Positions 1 to 11,381 of a DNA stretch of 64,000 nt are shown here, one piece after another. Position 1 is the stretch's first letter, and every line of letters begins with the position of its first letter. Source of the stretch: Spironucleus salmonicida (lineage: Eukaryota); the NCBI RefSeq assembly GCF_000497125.1, contig NC_090596.1, positions 1,736,001 to 1,800,000 on the forward strand, written 5' to 3'. A program made the translations under genes and the position numbers. Below the pieces are notes generated by a model that saw only the letters and a program-made list of their open reading frames with translations, had not been told where the DNA came from and did no database searches.

Positions 1-4
1 ATTA

Positions 5-1285
5 ATGAAATAAAAGTATATTGTACGGAAAGCTTAGCTTATGTTGAAAGATTAAGTTATTAGAGAGTTTCTCTATGATATTATAGAATCAAATACGTAA
101 TAGAAAATATTAGCGTTTCCATAATCATTTTTTAGATAAAATCTAACATTTTATCAAATGAAGAGAGATTTCTAAAGTTTTATGAAGCTTAACTAATAAT
201 TTTAGTACCAAAATACATAATTGCTTTATTTACTAATTACACCGTTTGCTGAATCAGTTTGTCCTCATTATTATTCGAAAGCTATATTTTTTTGTAAGGA
301 TTGCGAAAATTATTCACCATGTAAGATTTGTCATGAAATTTAATATGATCATAAACTTATTTGTGATCATATAGTATGTGTTTAATGCTAAATGAAACAA
401 AATATTAGTTAGAAGTGTATTTCATGTAATATTTAATTTGGTGAATATATGTGTGATAAATGTGGGATCCTAGATCTATTCACTAGCGAAACAAAGCCTG
501 GGTTTCATTGTGATTAATGTGGAACATGCTTATTAGGTTATACGGAAGATTTTATACATTGCAACACGTGCAAGTTTTGTAGACTAAAAGAACATATATG
601 TGTTGATTTTTAATGTTTTCTCTGTTTAGAAGATTTAAGTAGTAGTCAATAAGGAGCTATAAAGCTCAATTGTGGACATTTTATCCATAAAAATTGTAAA
701 TAAAGAATGTTAAAAAGCAACTAATTCACTTGTGGTATCTGTAGAAAATTAATGTTAAGTAAACAGTAATAGATAATTTATAATAATGCTATGAGAGATA
801 AATACTAATAAGAACCAATCTCTTAATTACTTCTTAAAAAATTCTTCTGGTACCAATGTAATGAATGTAGTAGAGAATTTATAGCAATTCAACATCCCAT
901 AGGAGCTATGTGTTGTAATTGTATTAGTTTTAATACATCAATAAAATAAATATGTGACGATGCTCTTAACTGCGATTAAATATACCAAGAGTAAATTAAA
1001 GAAATTCTAATATAAAACGAATGTGTCCTTCAAAATAATGTCAGTGATCTATAATACTATGAATAACTATTACCTAAACTTTTTAGTGCTGAAATCTTGA
1101 AAAACTATGGTGAATGTAATGAAAATCAAATATTTCAATACATACTTATTGAGCTCTGTTTAAATGAAATAGACGAGGAAGAATTGATTAATTAACTAGA
1201 AGTGGTGGTATAAGAATATCAAAACAAGATGACAATTTAAGAAGTAAGTCTAAAACTCTTAGAATACAATAGTAATATTTAGTGA
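5..1285 (+). CDS. RCHY1: CHY zinc finger / RING-H2 E3 ubiquitin ligase (Pirh2/RCHY1-like)
   Basis: TAR=Gln translation gives CPHY..FCKDC..PCKICHE (CHY), a Cys-rich CTCHY region (FHCDQCGTC), RING CFLCLEDL..CGHFIHKNC..CGICRK and a C-terminal CNEC..CCNCISFNT ribbon. ATG at 5 (the frame could extend beyond the window edge); ends TAG-TGA. Confidence 0.88.
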
Positions 1286-1298
1286 AGTACATTTCATA

Positions 1299-3155
1299 TC
1301 ATTTCCTTTCAAGTTATTCATATCGGCCATACATACCCATGAAATAAGCACACATAGTTTAGAACTAGCTATTATAATTTACTCTAAATCCTAGAATAAC
1401 GTCATTTTCACTAAGTCCAAATTCATATAGATCGAAAACTTATTCTTTAGGGCCTTCAACATCAAAAGTAATAGGTTTTAGAACTAGTTTTTCATCTGCT
1501 GTCTCAGTCCGCTTTTTCAAAATAATATTAATTTACTAAGGTACAGAGGTTCTACCATTCTGAAGAGTCTTAGAATAAGGATGTCCAACAACAAAATACC
1601 TTGGCATCGCAGGGAACTTCAATGAGACTTCGAAGAAAGCTTAATTGACTGTAGGGTAGCAATTTCCAGGGTGATAGTTTCGCATAAACATAACATGCTT
1701 TTTATTTCTCTATAGAGCCTTACCAATTGATTTCTAAATTCTAGTTACGTCTCTGGGATCAGCATTAAGTAGAGTAAAGTTATCAGCTATTTGATCAACT
1801 AACGAAACTGTATTAACATTCATATTTTCAAACTACTTTTCTGCTTTGGTTAGGAATACTTGGATTGAATTGAAATATTATTCTAACTTTAAAATCTTGT
1901 CCTTATTCATATCTTAATTTTTAGTAAGTGAGTCTAAATTCTTTTAAAGATTCTGGAAATCTTCCTTAAAATCACCTAGATTCTACATATGGTCAATAAC
2001 CTAGTCTTTAGGGAGATTAGTAAGATTAAGTGATTTGTGCTATTCGATTTAAGCTTCTAGGTTTTATAATTTTTATTAAATAATAACAAAATCTTTAGAG
2101 ATATTGATATTTTTAATGGGTTATGCAAGCTGCTTGGTAATATTAGATATAGAAATATTATGGTTTAATAGGCTAGTCTTATATTCATTAAGTTGTGTCT
2201 GTAAATCTTGTAACTATTTACCGAATTTTTTACTTTAAGCAGAATCTCCTTATTATATTCCGGACCCTTGTCCTGTTAAAGCGGCTATTCCCATAATACC
2301 AATACCAAAACAACACTATAGCATCATCCATACCATAAACAGCAAAATGGACAGTATTAACAACAAAAGAAATATTACACAAAATTTAAAACATTTTTAT
2401 TTACATGTCTTTGATTCTTTAAATCTGATATATTCCGACCAATCTGTAAGTTCAACAAAATACTTTTTAACTCTTTCTGCCATAGTACTTTCTTAATCAT
2501 GTAAGTCATCAGTTTATGAAATCTATTTCTTAATTTAAATAGAATGCTCTGACTGAGGCAGTTTAACTTGCTATATTATTTCAGATTCTGAGGATTAACT
2601 AGGCGAGAATGATCTGCGAGAATGATGTGACATCTCTCTCACGGAAGGATCCTTAATAGAAATTTCTTTAATTGATGGTTCTCTAATAGAATGATGTGAT
2701 ATTTCGTGGATTGAAGGGTTTTTAATAGAATGTAAAGAAGGGTCGTGTATAGATGATTCAGCGATTGAGGTAGGTTCCTTTACAGAATGATATGAAGGAT
2801 TTTTCATAGAAGGATCAATAATTGCTTCATGTGAAGTGCTCTCCTACTATGTAGTAGATGAGGAAGATTCAGTTTACTCAGAATCTTCCGTCTCTGGTTC
2901 CTCTTCAAACTTAATAGGCTTAACACTAATAACAATTTTTGGGAGTTATGGAATTACTGGAATTTAAATATCTTTTTCTTCAACCATTAAATATTCCAAT
3001 AAGCGTTCTTATCCCTCATCTGTATTTCTTATCTTAGCAGCAGTTATAGGAGACAATTTCTCTAGAAGCTCTTTCTTCTCTTCTCCGTGCTTAGATTTTG
3101 TCATTTTATCTAAATAGGGCTTGTCTTCATTTTAAGGATTGAATTTTACACTCAT
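1299..3155 (-). CDS. SUN-domain (Sad1/UNC-84) nuclear envelope protein, 618 aa
   Basis: Low-complexity N-terminus, TM segment (FCVIFLLLLILSILLFMVWMML), coiled coil, then C-terminal HPGNCY..VVGHPYSKTLQNGRTSVP..ITFDVEGPKEQVF..GFRVNYNSQFQTMCAYFMGMYG, matching the SUN pattern PGNCW..EH..SSAP..FTYD..NWG..TCLYRFRVHG. Confidence 0.75.
2595..2820 (-). repeat. Degenerate His/Ser-rich peptide repeat (S-I/V-x-E/D/N-P-S) within the SUN protein
   Basis: MKNPS, HSVKEPT, SIHDPS, HSIKNPS, HSIREPS and SIKDPS occur in frame with the SUN CDS. Confidence 0.7.
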
Positions 3156-3275
3156 TATTAAAATGAAAAGAGCGGAATGAAAATTTTAATAATATGGTAA
3201 TTATATATAATATTTAGTAGATTCAAAAATTAACTAACATATTTATATAATATATAAAATTTGTAGACAACTAGA

Positions 3276-5021
3276 ATGATTAAAATAACAAGATTTGATT
3301 TTATTTCAATCCTTATTTCTATAGTCATTTCACCATTAATTTTTATAAAGTATAATTCCTATGGAATTAATTAGGTCTCTTCTAATATGTAAATTTTTAA
3401 TGATACCCAATATTAATAAGTTAAATCAAATATTGCTTTCTTTTCCAAATTTGATAGTAAAACTAATACCTTCTAACCAGAGATTTTATTACCTGGATAT
3501 TATTCTGGCAACAATTCAATATCGGTCGATAGACTTTAATTTGTTTACTTATAAAATGAATTATTGTATGGATAAAGATATAGTACTCCCATACAGTAAT
3601 CAATTTACCTAGGATAATAATAATTATTTACAGAAACTAAAGTAGCATAAGAATCATCATTTAGTTAAAAATATAATATTAATAGTGTTCATTCAAACGT
3701 TTATGGAAAAATTGTTTATATGGAATCAAATGATTTGATGGTTTATGGAATAACTGATGAATATGGATTATTTATTTAAAATGAGTAGCAAACATTACTT
3801 TCCACATAAATTTTATAGAAAGAAGTATTAAGCTTTACTGAAAATTCTTTTATTAACAAGATTCATACTTCAAAAATTCATTTACAGAATAACTCACTAT
3901 ATGTTACTATTGCTGGAAATAATGATACATTTATTGGAATATTTTCTGCAAATGTAAATATTAATGGCACAATTTAATGGTAATAAACATAATTAATACC
4001 AATTTAGTAATTAGTATCCACAAAACAAGATTCTCTTATAAGAATACTTGCCGGAGGTTCTTCGTAAAACTAATTTTTTTTGTTAGAATAAGTTTTAAAA
4101 CACCAAAATTTATCAAAACATGGTTAATCGTATTTAATTTCTGTTTAGGATAATTTATTGGCATGGAAATCAAAGCATTTCATTCAAATATTAAATTCCA
4201 CAACTGGTGAGATATTAGCTAATTTTGCTACTTTTCCAGGACTTAGTATTCAATCATCTTAAGGTTATCCAGGAATTAATATTATTTTCTTATCTGATTA
4301 AAGTTTAATAGAGAAAACAACTAAGAAAGATTATTTTGATTTAATTTCATTATAATATATTGGTAATAACTTAGATGATCTAAAAATATCAAAATAATAC
4401 TAATAAACTTTATCTACTAAAAACTAAATAACTGATAAATAAAAAACATAATAAATTGAAGACTACTAGCCAACACTTTATCCTATTTCATAACCAATGA
4501 CATTTAATCTTAATGAAATTGAGTATATTTTATTTTTAGCACCTAATGGTGTATTATATTGTAACAATAAAGTTACAGGATAGATATATTGGAGAACCTA
4601 GTTAAATGAGAGTAATTATGGATCTAAAAATACTCACATCTCCATTCTTAATATTACTATTTAGCAAAAAATAATACTTATTTCTATTAATAATAAAATA
4701 AAATTGCTGGATCCCATTAGTGGAAGACTGAAAGCTTATTGGACCATACCTGAAGTAGTAGATCTTCAGGACTCATCAGATATCTGTTATTATGAAAATA
4801 TAGCAATTTCTAGGTTTTAGGTTTTTACATTATAACTACACCCAATTCTGAAGAAACAAACATTATTCTTTATAAGAAATGGTTATTTAGATGCATTGTA
4901 GCCTCAAGATATTACAATTTCTCTCAGTTAGTTTTGGGAGCGGGCCGGTATGGTCACTTTCCTGTCTCTAGTTATTAGTTTAGGATTCAGAGTTAGGGCA
5001 GAATAGCAAAAAATTGACTGA
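3276..5021 (+). CDS. Membrane-anchored putative beta-propeller (PQQ/FG-GAP-like) protein, 581 aa
   Basis: N-terminal hydrophobic anchor (RFDFISILISIVISPLIF), blade-like motifs (LAPNGVIYCNNKVTGQIYW, LLDPISGRL) and a C-terminal TM (AGMVTFLSLVISLGF). Confidence 0.6.
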
Positions 5022-5066
5022 ATATTTTAGGTATTAATATATATGAATTGATGTATTCTTCCAAAA

Positions 5067-5534
5067 ATGAGTGTAGACATAAACTCTATTCTAGCGAAAT
5101 ATGGCAGCAAGAAACCCAAACCAGCATTTTCTCCAGTAAAATAGACTACATCATAAGATATAGCTCCACTAGTAATGCAATATCCTGTAGAGCAGAACAT
5201 TCCAACCTCATATTTTGATCGTTTCGCGTAAGAAGCAAAGATTCCCTATACTAATTTTTATGATGAACCAGTTAATTAAATGAAAATCTCATAGTTATAA
5301 TCGTCTGTGAGTAATGTATAAGACAACAAGATTTTAGCCAAAGAAAGTCTAACAAAATAGGTTTTAGACAACACAAATTCAGAATAAATAGAAGTTTTAA
5401 AATAGTAAATACGTGAAGTACGTCAGGATGTGAATGCGTTGCACCGGGACCTGCTCGATCTGAAAGCTTCAGAAAACGCGCATTTCAAGTAATTAAGCGA
5501 TATGATAAAGATAATTTTAGAGCGAACTGAGTGA
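5067..5534 (+). CDS. Hypothetical protein with C-terminal coiled coil, 155 aa
   Basis: ATG in AAAAATG context; open under TAR=Gln; ends GAG-TGA. Confidence 0.7.
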
Positions 5535-5658
5535 GAGCATTCACATGGCTTTTATATGTTATCTACCATTTTATAGCATTTTTCAGTTTTTAGTTAAGCA
5601 TAACTATTCATTATTTTTATTTGTTAATTAGTATATAATTATCAAAATTTTATTTACA

Positions 5659-6351
5659 ATGTCGCAGTTCTCGCTCTTCAAAAAACTTCTGAATTCCGAC
5701 TTAAAAGCAGCAAATCTACTCATAATCGAGTCACTACGCACTCCGTAGCAATTTAGCATCTTCCTTGACCTTAAAAATGAAGATGACCACAAACTTGTGA
5801 TCGGCGACGCGATAACACACATTGTATCGCTGGCGAATCTGAACCCACAACAGTACATAAACCTTTTTGACGTGCTGTTCGCGCAGTACGCCAAATTTCT
5901 CGAATTCGATCAGCCCGACGCGCAATTCCGTTGCTGCCTCGCGCTCTATTCCTTCTTCGGCGCATTTCTGCGCCGCAGCTTCGAGGAGAAGATCTAAAGC
6001 GCCTGCCGGAAATTTGGCGCCTCGCACCGCAAAATTTTCGCAGATTTTGTGGTCGTTCCGCTTCTCGCAAATAACGAGTTTGGAGCCGCCTGGGAGTTTG
6101 AAAAGGAGGGAAATCTGCTTAAAAAGATGTGCGCACGCGGGGGAAGCGACGGCGAAATTGAGGTCATTGCGGCGCTCATCAATCTGCACGTCTCGAACGG
6201 TGACGACGTGAGTGCACAGATCGAGTTCCTGAAGCTCCGATTTGGAGCGAAATTGGGGAGCGAAATATCACGAATTCAGAAGTACATGGATACTGTAAAT
6301 CTTAAAAATGGTAGTAGTATGGAGGATTCTGATAAGAAATTGCTGGAGTGA
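5659..6351 (+). CDS. Hypothetical protein in a GC/CpG-rich segment, 230 aa
   Basis: TAR=Gln joins track ORFs 5797..5997 and 6049..6351 into one frame from ATG 5659; ends GAG-TGA. Confidence 0.75.
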
Positions 6352-7242
6352 ATTAATTACTTGAGTGCTAGTGAAAATTAAGAATTTTTGGTTAAGAGCA
6401 TAGTTTTATGACCCTAATAAGCCGAAATATATCACAATTATATGTTTCAATTCCCTAGTCATAATTAATAATGATAAATAATAGATGTATTAAATTTTAT
6501 ACTAAAAGAAAATCATAGGTAGAAGTTGTAGGAACCTGAGGCGTTAATATATTAGTTGAGAATATGTCGTAAATAAGAAAAAATGAGCGGATATAATAAA
6601 TTTACGATTTATAACATATTATACTGTTACTATGTGATAATTATTTCAATAAGATTGAATAGTTTTATAATTAAATTTTACATAAATTTTATTGTTAACT
6701 CACCGCTTTTTATTTTAAAATAGCTTTTAGTTTTCTATATTTATCCTAACTAATACACACAAAATATTGTCATTAACACTCCCCTATTTATGAATATTCT
6801 AGTTAGTGTCAAGCTTAATCATACTTTTTAACAAAATTCTCAACTTGAACGAATTTTATTTGATTAAATATTTTTATTATATATGTATTTTATATCTCCT
6901 GAATTCATGAGTGAAATATTATAACTAAATGATCATTTGTAATATTTATTTAATTATATTATCTTTGTATCATATTTATTCAAATATTATTTTATAAGGA
7001 GATTATTTAGTTTTATACAATATATGCTTCTCTAAGAGACTACTAAAATAGAGAATTATATAATAATTTAATACCAAACCCATAGTGTACACTTTACCTA
7101 TACAAACATTTAAATACTCTGAATGTAAATTTGTCATCTCGCTAAATTTTAAATTAAATTTTATAGCTATTTATTCTGATACAGTATTATTCGAAAATAC
7201 AGGATTGTCAAAAAAAAATATCATGAATCAAAGACTTATCAT

Positions 7243-8145
7243 TCACTCAAAAACTGGAGTATCCCAGAAAACCTTCGCTGCATCGTTTAGTCTGGAATGC
7301 TTGTCAAGTTTATTGATGATCTAAATATCTTCAGTAGTAAGTTTTAGAGTGGGTTAGAAGTTCTATTACAGCCTATAGAAATTACTCGATTTAGGAACAA
7401 CCATATAATTATTAAGATATTTTTATAAATGCCAGGAAATAATAACATCTACTGGAGTGGTATTATATTTTTGGGATAAAGCCATTATTTAATCATCACC
7501 TTAAACCGTAAGATTTTTATGTTCACCATAATCATATTTTCCTCCAATTGGGGAATAAGCCGTTACAATAATGTTTTGCTATATACAATATTTTATTAAA
7601 TTTTCCTATTAAAGATAAGGATGCACTTCAATTTAATTTGAGTGAGGTTTAATCTTTGAGTAAGAAATTAAATCCTAAAGCAGCTATACATTATAATTTG
7701 AAACGCCAATGTAATTTATTAATTTTTTATCAACTAGTTATTCCATTGCTCTCCAAGTATCTTGCAAGGTATATCCTAAATCTTTTTATATTTAATTATC
7801 AATACGTGGATAAAGATCTTCACCCGGTATAAATTATAAAGGCCAATGGATAATGAATAAATCCAAATATTCTAACTACAAATTTTTTAATGATAGTTAA
7901 AGTTATTCTTGCACTTATTCCGGTTTATGATGCGTTTACCACAATTTAGTTGCAATAAATAATTCATTTCTTTATACTAGGCCGTTTTTAATAGCAGTTG
8001 CAATGCCTTTACCAATTCCTTATTCATTACCATATTCATACGCACAATCAAAGTACCTATAACCTATTTTAATTGCATTATAAACCGCTTGCTCTGCTTC
8101 TTAATCCTCTGATCTCCATGTACCTAAACCAATTCTAGTCTTCAT
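7243..8145 (-). CDS. Aldo-keto reductase, 300 aa
   Basis: IGLGTW, GYRYFDCAYEYGNE, LFIATKLW, YLDLFIIHWP, IGVSN, EVHPYL, VVPKS. Confidence 0.95.
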
Positions 8146-8196
8146 TTTTATGTTTGTATAATAATTCAAAATATATACAGTTTGTTGGTACGCAAA

Positions 8197-8766
8197 ATGC
8201 TTGACTTGAATTTATTTACAAGAATGTTTTATGATAGGCAATTCTCAAAAATGTAGTCTTCTTCTACTATCTGGCAAGCGTTACATTCTCCAGTTTAATA
8301 TAATATGTTTGCTTCATTTTATGACCAAATTTGTTAGTAAGACGGAAATTTATCGTGCTAAAGGTTCCAAGTAGTTTGCAGACAGTTCACTACTTATTCA
8401 GAAGAGTATCTTCAGTAATTTTTTGAATTTTTCGACCTCTATAACAAAAACAGCATCGACTGTTAGTCGTTTTTTATTATTATTGATCTCATGGTTTCAG
8501 TCACTTTGAATACCAGACTTTTATTCTTGTTTTCACATCAAGCAGGCTTGATACCATATCTTTAAGAAGAACAAAATTCTAGTTATTTGTCCAGATAACG
8601 GTTGATAGATTTAGCGATTTTACAGTAGGTACCATCACTTACATTACTAGATAATTTATAGATTTTAAAGGACCAGCTAATTCAAACGGATATAAAAATG
8701 GCATTTGGATTTCTTTTTAACTGCTTGCAGGAAACAGATAATTTACTAGAGGAAAAAATATAATGA
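8197..8766 (+). CDS. EF-hand-like protein, 189 aa
   Basis: FFEFFDLYNKNSIDCQSFF is EF-loop-like; open from ATG 8197 to TAA-TGA. Confidence 0.6.
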
Positions 8767-10539
8767 TCACTTGAAGTGTAGGAGTGCATCGCCGATTTTA
8801 TCCCTAACAAGTTCTAGACTCTTTCTGGCGTGATTTCTGCTTTCAACAACCTGAAGTGTTAACTGCCCGATGATTTAACTGATATTTTACAGGTCTTGTT
8901 CGGCTTTTGACGATTCCCGCTATAGCTGTCCTGTGAGCTACTACTTCTGGCCTTCAATTTCTGATAATTCATATTATAGAGCTCTTTTCTTTTCTAGTAA
9001 CGAATTAATTTCATTTTTAATGTTTCTTTATCTTTCATCTTATTTTTGATTTGTTACTTGTTGTTACACTTACTTTGTATCAAATTCTTATTTAATTACT
9101 AAAAGTTATCGTCTGCTATCATCACCTTTCTTTTAAAGAAGACCTAGTTCTCTTTCTAAATTTTCCTTTTCTAACTCTTATGATTGTAATTAACTATTAA
9201 GGTCAAATATTTTTTATTCAGATCCTCTATATTCCTTTCTTGCATCATCCAGGGTTTACTTAAGAAGTTGAATGGTTAACACTTGTGGATTAAGGCCCAT
9301 ATTAGCACAATTCTGTTATATAGACTTACTAATTTTAGCAGACTTTTATTATTTTTCTTATAACTACGAAGATAATTCATGTACCTCTCTTTGTACTTCA
9401 TTAATTTATTCCTTAAGAGTACTGTGCTCAAATTCTAATTTTTAATAATCTGGGATGGAGATATTTTATTTAGATACTGTTTCTTGGAGGCTTTATAGTT
9501 CATTCTACAATGAAACATTCTTATTAGTAAAACTAGTTATTTATGTTTCGATTTATTCTATTTATTCCATAAGTTAAGGTATTTCAACTCTTTCTTTATT
9601 TTATATCATTGCATTAATATCCACTTAAACTTCATCAATTTTTTATAAATTTGTACGCTTAATATCCATTAAGCAGTCAAATGAATTTAACTACTAGAAA
9701 TCTATTTCATTAGTAAAATCTAATTAGTTTTCTACGCAAATACCTTATAGATCTAATAGTTCATCTTTAGCTGTTTTAATTTCTGTATCAAGAGATGTTT
9801 TTAATCTTTTAATATCAGTGTCAATTTTAGTAATTTATGCTTGTATTTTTTGTTCTGAATCAGTTGCATTCTCGACCCAAAGATTGAAATTAGTCTCTAA
9901 ACTTGATTTCAGTATTTCTTCATCAGGATTTGACAAAAATCCAGAATACAGTTACGAAAAGAAATCAAAGTATCTTGGTCCTTATAACAGTAAAGTAGGC
10001 TCTTCTGATTGACATAATTCTTTGATGAATACAGATACATCTATTTTTTCAGATGCAAATTCACCTTCTCCTGTTAAATTAACTGATAAAGAATAATCTG
10101 TTAATTCAACCAACCATGTTAAAAATAAAAGAAATTTTCTCCAAGTTTATGGTTATGAGCAAGAGTTTAACTCGTTTTACTTAAACGCATTAGTGTCTGG
10201 ATATCCTAAAACAGACATAATATTTGAAAATCCATTAAAAACAGTTTAAGGATTTTTAAGATCAGTCGAGATTTCAGGCAATTACACACCTAGCTTTTCT
10301 ATCAAAAAGTTGGTAATATTTATAATCTATTTAAGTTAAATTCCTTGTTAAAACTGCTTTTCTGAAGGACATTCAAAATTCCAATCTTACAAAAATGAAT
10401 GCAATCGTTCTGCACACTACTATATATAAGCTTAATCCCTTAGTGGCCTATTATCTGTAGCTTTATTAGGTTTTCCAGATAGTGTTTATCGACCTGATGT
10501 GATTTTCGACTAATTAAGTTAAGTTGATCTACGTTACAT
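8767..10539 (-). CDS. NDC80: Kinetochore protein Ndc80/Hec1, 590 aa
   Basis: DNRPLRDQAYIQQCAERLHSFL (cf. Hec1 [22 protein letters not shown]), LGYP and TWRKFLLFLTWLVEL CH-domain motifs, then a long coiled coil. Confidence 0.9.
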
Positions 10540-10589
10540 TTAAAATTGTTACAAAATATTTATTATTTAATAATATAATAATTATTAAA

Positions 10590-10751
10590 TCATTCAGTTA
10601 ATTATTTTTTGACGGACTTTTTATTTAGTGAAAATTCTTATAAGTAAGTTTGCATGTTCATTATATCATCATCATCTGCTGCATAACAATACCCTTCATT
10701 ATATATATAATGGTTCTAAGATGAAGATGATTCATCTATTATATTGTTCAT
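10590..10751 (-). CDS. Small acidic hypothetical protein, 53 aa
   Basis: MNNIIDESSSSQNHYIYNEGYCYAADDDDIMNMQTYLQEFSLNKKSVKKQLTE*. It has an upstream TATATA spacer and a GAA-TGA stop like neighbouring genes. Confidence 0.55.
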
Positions 10752-10779
10752 TATTAATTAATATATAATAATAAAACAA

Positions 10780-11328
10780 TCAAATATAATCAGCATCGTT
10801 TTCGTTTTTCTGACCAATTCTTGCTACCAATTGATCTAAAACTTCATCGATTTACTAACGTTCAACTTCCATAGAGGTTCTATGAACAGGGATCGCAGCT
10901 AAATTTTTATCTTCAACATATACATCCTCTTAAGCAGGTTGGAAAGGCTTGTGGAAAAAAACCATTACAAAACCAGGTTTACCAACACGTTCTTCATCAA
11001 CTACCAAAGAATAGTATTTCTTAACTGTACTGGTAAGACTAGCTTCATTTGCAGGAACTATAATAACAACTCCATCTAACTATAACGATAAACGACTATA
11101 ATATGGCTCATATTATGGATCGCCTGATATATCCCAGATTTATACTGGTATCGTACGTTATTCATCACCTTCATGTAATGCTACTTTGCGCTCCGTTTCT
11201 ATAATTCTTAAACCTTAAGTAGGATGATAATCAGCAAAATTAGGATCTGTCACTAGCTCTGCATAATATTCGGCTATTACTGTTTTGCCACAGTTCGAGG
11301 GACCTACAAAACCAATGCGGACAGTCAT
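10780..11328 (-). CDS. IFT22: Intraflagellar transport protein 22 (RABL5) GTPase-like, 182 aa
   Basis: VGPSNCGKT P-loop, YHPTQGLRIIE and IWDISGD..LDGVVIIV, as in IFT22/RABL5. Confidence 0.88.
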
Positions 11329-11381
11329 TAAAATTTGAATAATATTAAAATTATTCTAGTATATTATTAATAATCTTAAAA

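Noticed and set aside
5628-6211. Overlapping track ORFs on both strands in the GC-rich segment
   Set aside because: They are alternative-frame or antisense shadows of 5659..6351.
6383-6392. Sm-site-like AATTTTTGG suggesting an snRNA
   Set aside because: No U1/U2/U4/U5 hallmark sequence is nearby, and the motif is common in AT-rich DNA.
6352-6600. Apparent read-through extension of 5659..6351 across several TGAs
   Set aside because: With one stop codon, AT-rich DNA looks open by chance. The first TGA has the typical GAG-TGA context and nothing supports recoding.
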